Source: Neoechinorhynchus agilis (lineage: Eukaryota; Animalia; Acanthocephala). Taken from it: a DNA stretch of 64,000 nucleotides. Positions 35,546 to 48,734 of the stretch are shown here, one piece after another; the first letter of the stretch is position 1, and each line of letters opens with the position of its first letter. The notes beneath the pieces are model-generated. The model saw only the letters and a list, made by a program, of their open reading frames with translations. It ran no database searches and had not been told where the DNA came from. The position numbers and the translations under genes are program-made. The stretch covers positions 7,752,044-7,816,043 of the forward strand of contig CM121343.1 in the NCBI GenBank assembly GCA_051530055.1. The letters run 5' to 3'.

Positions 35546-38500
35546 ATGAAAAAGGGTACCGAATGTGATTCGACTGGTGAGACCAAAGGAAACGAGGAAT
35601 ATTCTGCAGTCCAGTTGTCCAAAAATAGCTTAAAATATGGTTCTATAAACAATCGCGATTGTCATTCAATGAGTGACATTGATCCTATCTTCTACGAGAA
35701 ATTCAAAGAATTTCTGGAAAACAAGCTACCCCGCTTAAATCTTTCACAGGAAAATATGGCAGATCTCGACGAAAGTGATCTGTTTATGGAGCTGGTGAGG
35801 GACATTTCGAACGAACTTAATGTAGAACAACTATGCCATAAAATACTGACGAACGTGGTCTTGATCAGTAATGCCGATAGGAGTAGTTTGTTTTTAGCTA
35901 GAGGCTCCGCAGAGAAAAGATTTCTAGTGTCGGTTCTATTCGACGTAACACGGAATTCAACTGTCGAAGATACGATCCAAGAGGGTGAAATGCAGATCCA
36001 TATTCCGTTTGGTGTAGGCATAGCTGGACACGTCGCCCAAACGAAAAGAGGAATTCGAATCGACGACGCTTACGCTGTAGGTTTTATTATAGATTCGGTC
36101 AAAAGGATTCGCATTTTGTCGACATAGGACCCGCGATTTAATAAGGAGGTAGACATCAAGACAGGATACGCAACTCATAGCATTTGCTGTATGCCGATAT
36201 TGAACCGAAATGGTGATGTTATGGGAGTTGCGCAGTTGATTAACAAGAAGGACAAAGATCACGTTTTTAGCAATAGGGACGTAGAAGTATGTTTATGCAT
36301 TCATTAAAAGACTAATTCCAAGAAAATTCCACTTCGGGTCTTCGAAAATTATTTGACATTTTGTGGAATAGGGCTTTATAATGCCCAACTATTTGAAACT
36401 TCGATAAAAGAATGTAGAAAAAATAAGGTATGCTATACAGAATTGCTTTAAGATTGATGTGAAATACTTCAAAAAAAATTAATTTAGGTTCTACTTGATA
36501 TGACCAGAAGTATTTTTCAAGATCAGACCAACATTGATGATCGCGTGAAGCTTATCCTTGAAGAGATATCTGGGTTGATAGAATGCTCACATTGTATTGT
36601 TTTTCTTTGCAATGATTTTAATGTACATTTTTTTGAGATTGATTACTTCATTTATTGCTCGTATAGAGCATCAAGACAGATTTTATAAAAGGATACAAAA
36701 TTGGCAAAGGGCAATCTTTCGAGTGTATAAAGTAGTATTTTCCATAATTTCATTGAATAGCAACATCTTTGTAGGGAACCTGAACTCAATGGATCTATTG
36801 CAGCAAAAATAGGATCAACGTTATTGGATTCCAATCATGATTACGTGATTTTGGATCAATCTGAAATCGAAAGTTATTTGGGTGGTGTCGCCGATGAGGT
36901 TACATTAGACCTCAGGTGTAAATCGTTATTTTTCATTACCATTTAGGATATAAGGCAAAACATTTCAAAGGGTCAAATCAAGGATTTGTTGTGTATAGCG
37001 ATTCGTAGTGAGACAAAATTGCATATTGGTGCAGCTCTCACCATCAATAAGGGATGCATGGAAGTATTTAATGCTGAAGATGCAGAACTTTTACAGGTAG
37101 GTTATTTTATGACTAAAGTGGCATTTATCTTTAATTTAAGGCCTTTGGCATATTTTGTGGCATCGGAATTTATAATTCTAAAATCTACGAAGACTTGCAG
37201 GCTGTAAATGCAAAACAGCGGGTTGCACTGGACGTACTGTCTTACCATACGACGGCTGATGAGAAAGATGTATTCGCATACATGGCTAAACCTACTCTAA
37301 ATTTAAGTTCCATAATGAGCGATCAGCTGAACTTTAATGATGAAATTCTAACTGATGATCAGACGGTAATGTTCGCCGTTCAAATGATGGAAGACCTGGG
37401 ATTTGTAAGGATATTTAATATTAAACTAAAGGTGTTCTTCTATTATCCATTTGCTTCAATGGAATATCGTATTTCTTTAGGTACTATACAGCTACGTACT
37501 GACCGTAAAGAAGAACTATAGATCTGTTACATATCATAATTGGAGACATGGATTGAACGTTACACAAGCAATGTTCATGATACTTAAGGTAACGAGTGCT
37601 AGTGAAGATCATTTGCTATATAAACCTTTTAGTCATTAACGAAAATTGAGTTTACAGAACTGGAGAAGTTTGCATTGATGATTGCATGCCTTTGCCACGA
37701 TCTGGATCATCGAGGAACCAACAATGCATTTGAATTTAAGATTGAATCGCCGCTGGCTATGTTATATAGCTCATCTACACTTGAGCATCATCACTTCGAT
37801 CAATGCGTCATGATCCTCAATAATGATGCCAACAATATTGCAAAAAGCCTAAACGAGGAACAGTACCGTCTCCTCATAGATTACATGGAAGATGCTATAT
37901 TGAGCACGGATCTTGCAGTTTATTTTAAGTACGAACAATATTTTTCTATATTTTGTTGTTTTTATCACACCGTGCTGCCGCCGCCTAGACGACGGGAAAT
38001 ATTTCGATCGTACGTAGCCGATAATGCTGTCGATTGGGAAAGAGAAGGCAGAAAAAAGGTTTTACGGGGGATGCTAATGACTGCGTGCGATCTAGCGGCA
38101 ATATGTCGTCCCTGGAACATTCAAGAAGCAGTTGCACATAGGGTGGCAAACGAATTCTTTGAACAAGGTGACATTGAAAGGCAAAAGCTAAATATCGAGC
38201 CAATTGTAAGTGCGTGATAAAATCCGGAGGGATGTTTAAATAGCTTGCGACAGGCAATGATGGATCGCCGTAAAAAAGACGAGCTTCCTTCGATGCAAGT
38301 TGGTTTTATACAAAATGTTTGCATTCCTCTCTATGAGGTAAACGAGCTAAGATTTTTAAGGAACGAAACACTGTGTTTTTAAGGTATTGGCTAAAGTTGA
38401 TCCAGTTCTAGAGCAGCTTCTGAATAGCTGTAGAGAAAATCAAGAACATTGGAGTCGCTTGGACAAGGAGCGTATTGAATTAGGTCAACATATTTATTAT

Positions 38501-38808
38501 ACACACGCATTTACATGACTTTTCACGAGTACTTTGATTTTCAGGCGAGCTTCAATTACCGACTACCCTTGATAAGCAAGATGAATTTTCGGGTAATGAT
38601 ATAGATGTACGCTACCACTATCGTGCCATTTTGAATGCCCTACGATCCATGTTTTCAGATAAAATGCAAAATGACAATACCAACTGTTCCATACAAATCA
38701 CCAGGGCAGCAGAGTTTAGAAACAAGCGATAAAAATGCAAACCAAGTTCATAAGGATCATAGTTGCCTTAAAAAGCTTTCGTGCATGGATGCGTGTTTGT
38801 TAATTTAA
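35546..38808 (+). CDS. GAF-domain cyclic nucleotide phosphodiesterase (PDE5/6/11 group), multi-exon
   Basis: GAF-A (LCHKIL...ADRSSLFL...[15 protein letters not shown]...[16 protein letters not shown]) and catalytic motifs [60 protein letters not shown]. Start and last-exon phase are uncertain. Confidence 0.92.
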
Positions 38809-38923
38809 AAATCAAATAAATATGAACACAGTCGTAGAATTGAGAACAACATTAGAATAAGTATTCAGCAATTTATGTATTGTCGCAAAACCACGGGATC
38901 TTTAAGCAATAGAATCGCACGCG

Positions 38924-41481
38924 CTAACAGCACCTTTGTCTTGGCTTAACGTCCCTTTTGATATCCTGGCCTTTAAATTGTCTGGGTACTTTTCTTAACC
39001 GCTGTAACTGACTAAGCAAACATTCAATAGACGGTGCTAAAGTCACCTTACAAAAAATCAGTAGGCGTACCTAACCAACTCAATGAGGATGTCATTAACA
39101 TTAAGACCAGTTCGTGCACTTGTTTCGATGAAACTTACTTTAAGATCATGTGAAAGTTTAGCGCCAGCCAGCCTCGAGACCATGTCGACGTCCGATTTAA
39201 TGCGGAGATCCAACTTGTTTGCAACTAACACAACTGGAACTATGATCTCTAGCGCCCCCTTCGAAAAAAGTGCGTAAACTTTTGACCACTGAAATCCATT
39301 ATTTTTACCTGAATCTCCTCAATCCAAAATCTCGTCGATTTAAACGATTTATCATTCGTCACGTCGTAGACAAGCACTACACCATCGGCTCGACGATAGT
39401 AAGAACGACTTAAACACCGGAATCTTTTTATCGAGAAACGTGCAAAAGAATGAAAAATATGTGATCTACCAACCTTTCTTGCCCCGCAGTATCCCATAAA
39501 TGGATAGTAATTTGTTGTCCATCGAATACCATTTGTTTTGCAAAGAAATCGACACCTAGGTTTTAATTGCGATTCTCAATTAAAAGCTCCACCAGGAACG
39601 AACCTAGTGTTGCTTTAGAAAACTGCGAAAAATCGTCTCCACAAATAGTTTTTATTAAGGAGGTTTTGCCGACACTCGAATCACCGAGAAATATTATTTT
39701 ATAGCTGTTAGCTTTAGGCAAAGACTTCATTTTACGTTTGGGTGCCACCATAAACACAATTAAAATCTTGAAATATGGTAGGAAAGTTAACTTACCGTAT
39801 AAATATCATCACTTGGTGAAGTTCCTTCTTTTCCGGTCGGACTTGGTGGCAACGAAAATGATTCAATTCCGAAAAAAACGCCTATTGCGGAGAATATGTC
39901 AAGGACATTTCATTTTTTGTATTTTGCATAATTTCCTAGCCCGGTCAACAAATGAAATTCGAAAAAATTGTTTAAGGTGGCAAAACTAACAAAAAAGCGT
40001 CGCAACAATATCAAGGTAACCCATGTAAACTAATTGATACTATGCCAAATAAAACTAATTTTTTAGGCGTTATGGAATAGTTCGAATTTTCCGATATTAG
40101 CGCAGATTCTGAAGGCCGAATTAAAATGTACTAACATGCACGTTTAGCGTTCATGCAAGGCGGTATGATGGTGTGCCCAGCCACGAGCTAAGGGAACATT
40201 TAGATGAAGTTTTCATTAATGGACATTGCCGTACGGATGGGTTGGTTCTTCAAAAAGCAACCGGAAATCGGGTTTGCTGTAAAATGATACATTGGAATTG
40301 CCGCATTTTCGATTTTATCCCAAAATCCTTTTGCTCACTATTTTTTTCAGCCATTTTAATGAGATTAGTATCGTCCATGTTTACATGACATTGTGGTTCG
40401 GAACCCCGAGTATGAACGTTATTCGGTATAGAATGGTCTGAAACCTGTAAAAACGGGTTTAATTGGAGGAGCGTTTTGAATAGAAGCTCACGGTTGAATA
40501 GAGTCGACTTCCATTACTTCCACATAAAACAATTTGACTTTTGAGCAAATCATTCTCATCCAATAGTTTGCTGTTACTACAACTGTTGTTGCCTTTATAA
40601 TATGCTAAAAAACAAAAAAAGACTAACGTGAGAAGAGTGAGTTGATCACGTAACACTTCGTTCTGGTCTAGTAAAGATCGATTTATCATCTCTTTGGCAT
40701 CTCGTATCTCATCTAGATTTTCCAATAAAGTAGTTTTAAGCTGTTCTAACTTCTCAATTGCTTTAAAAAACGTCGTTGAGCATAAACCCTCTTCAAAATC
40801 ATCGTCATGGCTTGACAGACTTTTGGATTTTGAACTCGAGTTAGTTTTCCCCTCAACCCAGTTAGATCGGCGGATCTATACCACAAATTACACTGAACCA
40901 TGGACATATACTTAAAGCACAAAAGGCTTGCCTCTGCTCCCATGTAGTCGTTAGCTTGAATTGCTTTTTGATATTTGCTTTCCAAATCTGCTAAACTTTT
41001 GTCATATCGTGTCCGCTCCTTTATAATACTGAAGTCGAAAGTATATATGGAACTTTTACCTCCTTTCGAATGCAATGTTCTCGCCTAGCATTTTCTCTTT
41101 CATTATCTTCCTCGAATTGAATTAATTTGGTGTTAGCCATATCTTTCTCTCTTAAGAAATAATAGATTTGTCATCAAAGTCTAAAAAAACGCCTACTCCC
41201 AGTATACCGCTTAATGGTTTGAGAAAGTCGCTTGATTTCCAAGGCTTGTCTCTCTACTTCCTTGAGTAACCCATGTAGAACATTTTGAAAGCCGGTTTGA
41301 ATGCCAGGCTCAATTCCATCATGCAGCAATGAATTAAGATTGCGAATTTGTTCATAGCTAAAATAAGATTTAGCTGCTCGAAATTCCTTGTGAACCCACA
41401 AAGAAGTGGAGCCAATGGAGTAAGGGTTGATGTTGTTGTTGGCACTATGATCATTAGGGTCCGAGAGAGCGCTATGAACAT
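38924..41481 (-). CDS. RASEF/Rab45-like large Rab GTPase (coiled coil + C-terminal Rab domain), multi-exon
   Basis: YKIIFLGDSSVGKTS, LWDTAGQER, SYYRRADGVVLVYDVT, VANKLDL, ETSART, and a probable C-terminal RCC*. Upstream coiled coil and a RASEF-like segment EQIRNLNSLLH...EIKRLSQTIKR. The 5' end is not resolved. Confidence 0.8.
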
Positions 41482-42859
41482 CAGAATCTTGATCGTCTGA
41501 TGTGTTTAATTCTGTCCATTAAAGAATGCCAAATGCTTCTTTGTTTATTAGTGGTAATACGAACCTTGATTAGGAGGCGTTTGCATTTCAAAATGTTCAC
41601 TATCCGGTTGTATAGAGGGGATTTCTTTACCTGACCATCCGCTGTGTGTGGTGTATCGAGGTACAAGGCCAATGAGAGCAATTTGTTCATGATAAGACTT
41701 GAACATCTGACGCCCAATCAAGCCTCCTTTTGCTGTAACAGCGCAAGCGTAGGCGCCGGGTGTGGAGATGATCACTTAGAAATGCATGTGAAAAGTAACT
41801 TCTACTAATATGGCTGCTAATCAGATTCATATAACGCCACGCAGAACAAAATAACTTTACATGCAGCGTTAAATATAATTGAATTTTTCATCAGCTTCAA
41901 AGTCTCATATTAGTAAGAGAAAAAAACGAAGCGGTACGCCATGAATACTCATCGCCCCTAAAAAAGATTCTATAATGCTCCAAGTGCATAGGGAACACAG
42001 TTCTGTCGCTTTTTCTATTTGCATATCCACGATCTACTTTCGCTTTCAACCTAAGAGTTCTCAACAAGACAGCGAATAGTCAACGAGCACTAAGAAAACT
42101 AACTGGATAACCATTGCTAAAGGTGGCGCATTCCATACAGTATCGGTTTCATAATTCTGAGAGAACCTATTGACATTTACTTCATTTTTCAGTGCCAACT
42201 TTTTTGATCTGTGTGTTTCGTTTAAGAATGTGACCGGTTTGCCAATGTGACGCTGGGTTGTGGACCGAAGCAACGTCGAAAACAGGTACTAAATCTACAT
42301 TATACCACCCTGTGAAGTGAACACTTCGTCATTGCTGAAGCCAGCAGTAGTATTGGCGATTACGACAAACTGAACTTTGCAAAATATAAAGAACGCTAAC
42401 CGTTTGGCGTTGCCCGAGAAAGCTTAATAAAGAATGGACAATAAGTATACTCTATAATGCGCAAAATAAAAATATTCAAACTCTATAATCTGACCAATTC
42501 AAAAATCAACGCCGTTATTATTATGTTAATTCGACGCTACTATCAATGGGCATTCCTTTGCGGTCTTCAATTTCATTTGATCAAATGCTAGTATTTTGTC
42601 CATAACAACGATCATTTCGCAAACGGCGAGTTCAGAATCATTCTTACAATCTTACATGTCGTTCACCACTATGTAAATAATCTCTTCCAATTCGAATCAA
42701 TATCGATTAGAAAAGATAGACCCGACGATTTGAATTTAACAACAAAATTTTCGCTTTCTAAATAACTCGGAAGCCAAATATATTGCATGTACATAAGTGT
42801 AACTTCAGTTCAAATTAAAGTTCTTTTGATTGAAAAGACAACATATCCCGAGGAGCAAA

Positions 42860-44400
42860 AATCATTTACACCACAGTTTTGGATCACTCAGCTGCCGTCT
42901 TGATGTAACGATCGAAAGGACGGATGCAGCGTTCCCTCGTTGCACTGCCAGAATTATGTTTTGTAGGAGGAATTCTCCTGATCTCGGATCGCCAGTGATT
43001 CGTCTGAGTCTCTTGGACAATTGCTTGACCAGGTCCTGTGCCTCGGTACCAAACAACCCGAGCGTCTTCAGGTCCCTGTATTTGGTCCTTTTGCGGTCCT
43101 CAGCGGCGGTTGCTGCTCCTCCTGGTTTAATAGTGACGAATTTTATGTTGCTGACTGCGAGCGTGTCCACGAACGTGGCGTCCCACAGAAGGCACTTTCC
43201 TCGCCACGGGAATACTGTGACACCATCCGGTCTACGGCCATCGAGTCGGCAAATATTGTTCGGCTCTAGGATGTTGGGCGCATTAACAGTATTCAGGGCA
43301 CGACTAAGAATTGCGTTCATTTCGGCGTGTCGTGAGTACCTCCCGCCTGATTGCCGACAGACGAGACCATGGCGTCCCTACGGATCCACAGTCGCTCCGC
43401 AGCGGCAGCGATAGGATGTGCACATCGATACCTAAAGTCTCAGGGACACTGCAATCCTTACTGTCTCGTTCGAGAGAAGGGTACCCACAGAAGCGATTGG
43501 GATAGCATTGAACCAAGCACCCGATTCCCTTGTAGAGACTGTCGCTAATCGATTTCGGTTCACTAGGTCACAAGAATCTGAAATTAAAGAGTTATGAATT
43601 CTCGCTACCAGGGGTGAGTCCCAAACTGATTGTTTGCAACCATTGACGGGGACCTGCTCGCTGTCTGAATCTCCACACCAAAGATTAAGCGAATCTACGA
43701 TATCTTCATCCAAAGTATAATTCTCGCGAAGAACGGATTGAACTATTTTGCGGCTTGCTTCATACAATCCCAAGTAAGGTGACAGAGAAATATCGGCAGC
43801 TTTTCGGATATCCAAACTGCCGGACGACACAGACAAGGACGCTTGACGCCAGGCCTCGTCCGACAGTTGAGTATTTAAAATTTTCTCGATAGAGGCTTTC
43901 ACCGTCTCGTCTAATTTTTGCCAGCTTATCCTTATGTCTAAGAAAGGTGCTGTGGGCAGTTTATACAACGATTTTGGAACGAAGAGGGTTTTCTTGATCA
44001 GAAAAAGAGCCTCGTGTGAAGATAATTCATCATCTCGTTCGCACAGCAAAGAAAGTTACGGGTGAAGATTGGCAATGTCTGCTTCAACATTAGAACCAAA
44101 AAAATGCAGCTTCCTAGAAGACGCAATCGATCTAGAGTGATCAATTCTATCCCCGGGCCAGGTTCTGAAAATCTTTAACGACAGTTTGCCTGGACGCCTC
44201 ATCTTCAGCCTTAATCACTAAAATCTCGCATTTCACAACAATCAATGCCAATTATCGCCGTCTTCTTTCACGAACGTCTCCAAATCGTGCAGTAAAACAG
44301 AGGGGTAACCTCCGAGCGTGGCATCGTCCGGGTACCAGCCGCTAAAGCTGGCCTGTAGAGAGTGCGCGACAGGATTGATTGTGAGTGAGAAGGCTAGCCC
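42860..44400 (-). mobile_element. Decayed CRE-like non-LTR retrotransposon (RT C-terminus to RLE)
   Basis: WYPDDATLGG (YLDD-derived), HEALFLIK, QSVWDSPL, GAWFNAIP, RPDGVTVFPW, WDATFVDTLA, QRGNAASVL. Confidence 0.92.
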
Positions 44401-44460
44401 AAGGAACAAAATTATCAGCCGTGAAAAAAGCTCACTTGAACGAAGAATAAATGTAACCGG
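44398..44460 (+). mobile_element. 3' tip of the SINE family
   Basis: cccaagg..aaaattatcagccgtg...gctcacttgaac matches the ends of the 7460 and 33630 copies. Confidence 0.55.
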
Positions 44461-45069
44461 GTAATTAGACTTAAAAAGATAAAATAATTCCATTTTATTT
44501 AGTTATCATCGCAAATAGATAAAATTACATATTAAATCGAGGTTGCGTCAATAACCAAAGCAGACATTTTAAACTAAAACCAAACTGACCATCGCAAGTC
44601 TTAGTCCAAGATTTTCGTTGATAGAAACAAAAAATATACAATAAAAAGGATAAAAAGTATGACGATCGGAAAAGTAAAACTATACGTCACGTATTTCATG
44701 AACACGTCACCGCGGAGAAACCACGTGTTCCCTTTTCGGTCCTCCCGTTACACTTACGTAGGGTTTCTGTTGTATGTATCAAATTTGCAAAGAATGGCCA
44801 AATTTCAGAAATACATTTTGATTAGATTGAAAACTCGGAAATGCGCAAGTGCATTAACCTGAAGATCGTAATATTGAAAGGAAATTAGTCTGGATGCTAA
44901 ATTCGGAAATTTGTGGGAAAAGATTGCACTTCATCAATGAAAAATCGTTCACTTTCTACAAAACTTCGGAACACTGAGTATTCAGAGAAGTGAGGTGCTA
45001 TCTCGAATACTGGCAAAAAGGTGATAAAAATATGCTGTTAATTAATTCAACCTTTGACAACATCATTTC

Positions 45070-46540
45070 GAGTTGATCCTATCACTACCATAACCCCACG
45101 TCCTACCCCGATCTTCCAGGGCATTTAATTTCAATCAAAGTTGAAACAGGACTCACACATCACTCTATCCCTCAAGCGCAACACTTTTAAAATTTATCTC
45201 CTTAAACGCCTCCGACATTTAGGAATCCCTTCACCCGATCTCTACAAATTTTGCTTCTGATTTATCGTTCCATCCCCAATCATAAATCTAGCGTCTTGAA
45301 ATTCTTCATAAAAGAGCATCTAAAATTTGCACAACCGACTTTTCTCCTCTCACCGAATGCCTTGATACTATTTTCATAAAACAATCAAAACGCCTCTCAA
45401 CCCTACGACCACAATTTCTTCCACATATCACCCCTTTTTACACGAGCACAACACTCGCAATCCCAATTCGTTTCATCCTCCTTCGACCTCGAAACTCCCT
45501 ATGCCTCCGTTCCTTTTTCCATAACAACAACATTTCTTTGAACTTTTCTCTCACTTGAGAGGTCGTTCTTTTCAGCATTGTCGTTTTTCGTCTTTGTTCT
45601 CCTTTCCCAGCGTCTTGAAATCTCCGCTCACACTATCCTTCCACCTCTTCTTGGGCCTCGATCTTCTCCTTTTCCCCTCGAGCTCGATTCTCGTGTCACC
45701 TGCAGGTTCCATCGCATCCGCCTCTTAGCGATTGCCTCCTCGATCGGCTCGACAGCAAACAGCTTTCGCACCTCCTAATTGGGCACTCGATCCTTGCGTG
45801 TCAATCCTGCGGACCATCTCAGCATCCGCATTTCGTTGATGGCTAATCGTTGAACGTCTTCCTTCTTCGTAGCCCACTTCTCTGCTCCATGGAGCATGGC
45901 GGTTCCCACTACTGCCTTGTACACCCGCCCTTTGAGCTTGTTCGAAAGACGCTTATCGCAGGGGATGCCTGTTGTCATCCTCCAGTTATTCCACACGCAT
46001 TGAACTCTTTGTCCGATCTCACATTGCATGTTCAACAGGCTGCCCAAATATTTGAAGATCTTTTCGATCTGAGTTCCTTGCCTGTTCACCCTCAATCCGT
46101 TGCTTTCTAATCGCTGTCGCCAACTCTCCAGCAAATTCCTGAGCGTGTCCACATCCCTAGCTGTGAGCACCAATTCGTCCGCGAATAGTATCATCCATTT
46201 CTCTTTCCGCATTTCCTAGGATGTCCATCACGATCGTGAACAAGAATGGGCTCAGGGCCGAACCCTATTGCAAACTCACGGACTCGGAAATAGTCGGTGG
46301 TTCTGCTGTGGCATCGAACGTAGGTGTAGCACTCTCGATCCGTTCCTTTTCCCATACTGCCCAATATTCTCGGATATCAGAACTTGAAATGAACTTCCCA
46401 CCAGAACGGACATTCAAACCCGCCCGGACTCGTAATCCACTGCAAAATAAACAGCTACATTCATTTTTCCTCTAAGAACTCGAGTTTTCATGAGGACCCA
46501 AAGGTACATGGCTCCTATTCCTTGTTCAATAATAAAACGT
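45070..46540 (+). mobile_element. L2/CR1-like 3' portion interrupted by an RTE insertion
   Basis: IYLLKRLRHLG-type RT tail at about 45190-45230. The sequence resumes at 46339 collinear with the uninterrupted copy at 34318-34546. Confidence 0.85.
45524..46338 (-). mobile_element. 5'-truncated RTE non-LTR retrotransposon with an 18-bp target-site duplication
   Basis: GSALSPFLFTIVMD, LFADE, FKYLGS, KLKGRVYKAVV, EMRMLRW, RPKKRWKD, and a (TTG)3 tail. TSD TCCGTTCCTTTT(T/C)CCATA at 45506-45523 and 46339-46356. Confidence 0.93.
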
Positions 46541-47285
46541 ATTATTATCCTTGGAAGGTCCGAGACATCCAATTGATGGAATAATTACAATAATATGACA
46601 ATCACATAAGTTTTGTTAAAAGTTGTGCCGTTACAGAACGCTGCTGCCCATAGGGCAGAACGATAGAAGACTTCGAAAATTCTGACTTAAAATTGGCGTT
46701 TTAAGTCAGTTCAAAACAGAAAAATTTATTCGGAAATCTTTATTTCCATAGGGCGCAACTTGTATGGGCGTGATTGTATTAATTCTGGTGCGTCAAAAGA
46801 ACTCAAATCAATATTGTAACTCGGAGGACACGATTAGAATCCGATTACATGGCCACCAGGAAGTACTTATTTGGATGTCGTCGTTTCTAAGCTGCCAATC
46901 TCTTATTGGTTATTGCAGCGACAAAAGATCAACCACCATAGGAACCACAGGGAAAGTATTCGCTTTCATCCGAGGCTGCATGATGATACATCCATAGCTA
47001 ATGGACTTTTAATGGAGCATTTGAAAACGCGGTCAAGCAGTTTGTTATATTCGTTTTAGTTGCCAATATTGACCGTGTTACTTTGGGTGAGCTAAAATTA
47101 TTGGATTCTTTCGTACTTATAAGAATTACCACGACACAGATGCTAATTGCACAAGTGATCATTTTATCGTATTAACATTTGAAGAAATTCAATTTTTAAT
47201 TGTCTACTATGTTCGTATCTTACCGTGAGTTAACGTAATCGCTTTTCCTCCTGTATTTTCGTTTGAACGTGTACATATTTGGAAG

Positions 47286-47702
47286 ATGAAAGAAGATAAT
47301 GAAGAAATGATCAAAGTCAACACCGGGTCCGATTCGGTCAATGATCAACAACCGCTTCTACGTCGCCGTTTAATAAAACCCGTACCAGTTAGAGGGACTT
47401 CGTTGATTGCCGGACAAGATGCATTGAATCTTTCTGCTTCTACGAGAACGCTGACTCCCGTGATGAATAGTCAATTCCTTAGTTTCAATTTAGGTGAACA
47501 GAGCAAACGTCCATATTTGGATTTTAGAAAGGCTTGTGCAGCCACTTTGTATCCCACAATGCCGGATTCACCGAGCCCCGTCAAATTTACGAGCATGTTG
47601 ATTGATTATGAGGAAACGGCCGAAAGCGGTTCGTGGCGCCGCTCTATGGCTGATCTAGACCTTAGCGAGATTGAAAACGACAATTCATTCGACCGCTATT
47701 GA
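47286..47702 (+). CDS. 138-aa ORF with an RPxLDF motif reminiscent of OSER1/FAM53 proteins
   Basis: ATG-started ORF in non-repetitive DNA. KRPYLDFRK resembles the RP(Y/S)LDFxKM motif of that group. There may be upstream exons. Confidence 0.5.
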   Translation: MKEDNEEMIKVNTGSDSVNDQQPLLRRRLIKPVPVRGTSLIAGQDALNLSASTRTLTPVMNSQFLSFNLGEQSKRPYLDFRKACAATLYPTMPDSPSPVKFTSMLIDYEETAESGSWRRSMADLDLSEIENDNSFDRY

Positions 47703-48323
47703 CTCTCCTGAATAATCTCTTTTCCTGTTTGGATTTAATTGTGCCTCGATGTGCCACTAGAACGATGATGATCATCAACTTTCCATTCTGAGTTTTAGCT
47801 TAAAATCAACCATTAGTTTGGCTTTATGCCAAGAACTAATCGGCTGACGCATTCAATAATCAAGCAAAGAAACCCTGGGTTGTTATTATATCTCATTTAC
47901 TCTTGTTGAATCGCAATTAAGACAAATAGTGATTATTTCGGAATATATTTTGATCTTAAGCAAAGCTAGACTTTCGTTTCGCTGCTTCTAATTTTCCCTC
48001 AGCTAGTTCCTGCTGATGGTTCCTAAAATGATCTTAATACTGATACAAGCAAAAATGAACTCAATATGAAAAACCTCAAATAGTCCTTATTTTAAGTATA
48101 CGAAAATTCTTCCTTCCGTCAGTTGGCAAAAAGTTTACACTTGAGTTAAACCCCGCAAATGTGAGCAACCATCGTCTTTCGGCAAAATCTTTGCAATCCT
48201 GACTACTTTTTAAACTGAATCAACAAAAATGACTTTGGCAAAAGAACAAAACTATCAAATCGCCGTGAACACCACGTCAGTTTCTAGGACGAATTAATTT
48301 AGTGAAAAACTTGCGAAACAATA

Positions 48324-48366
48324 ATTGACTGAAGAAGTCCAATGTGACTGGACGAAATGTTTCAAT
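48324..48366 (+). ncRNA. Minimal type-I hammerhead ribozyme motif, same family as 4117-4157
   Basis: ATTGA-CTGAAGA-A-GTCCA-atgtgac-TGGAC-GAAA-TG-TT-TCAAT. Intact core, 5-bp helix I and 5-bp helix II. Confidence 0.8.
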
Positions 48367-48734
48367 CATTCTTTGGTATATAATTTTTCCTCACTTCCAC
48401 AGACTCGCGTATCGTACATATTGATTCATTGTTGATCCGCGGACTTCAAGTATAACTTTCGCCATCTTATACCTGATTAGTATTATCATTGCTATTTCGC
48501 GGCCTAATGACTTCTGGGTATACCATGTACAAGCACTATTGAGCGATCGCTATTTTTTAATATTTTGTGTCTGCCACGTACAAGACGGTGCAATCGCACT
48601 TAATTCCAGTTTTTAATTTCTTTCGTATTTCAAACGCGGAATCACAATTGTTGACGTAAGTAATCTATTCGAAAACGGACGGCGATAATAGCACGGAAAA
48701 CGTCATAAAAGTAGTGAGTTTTAATAGAATAATT

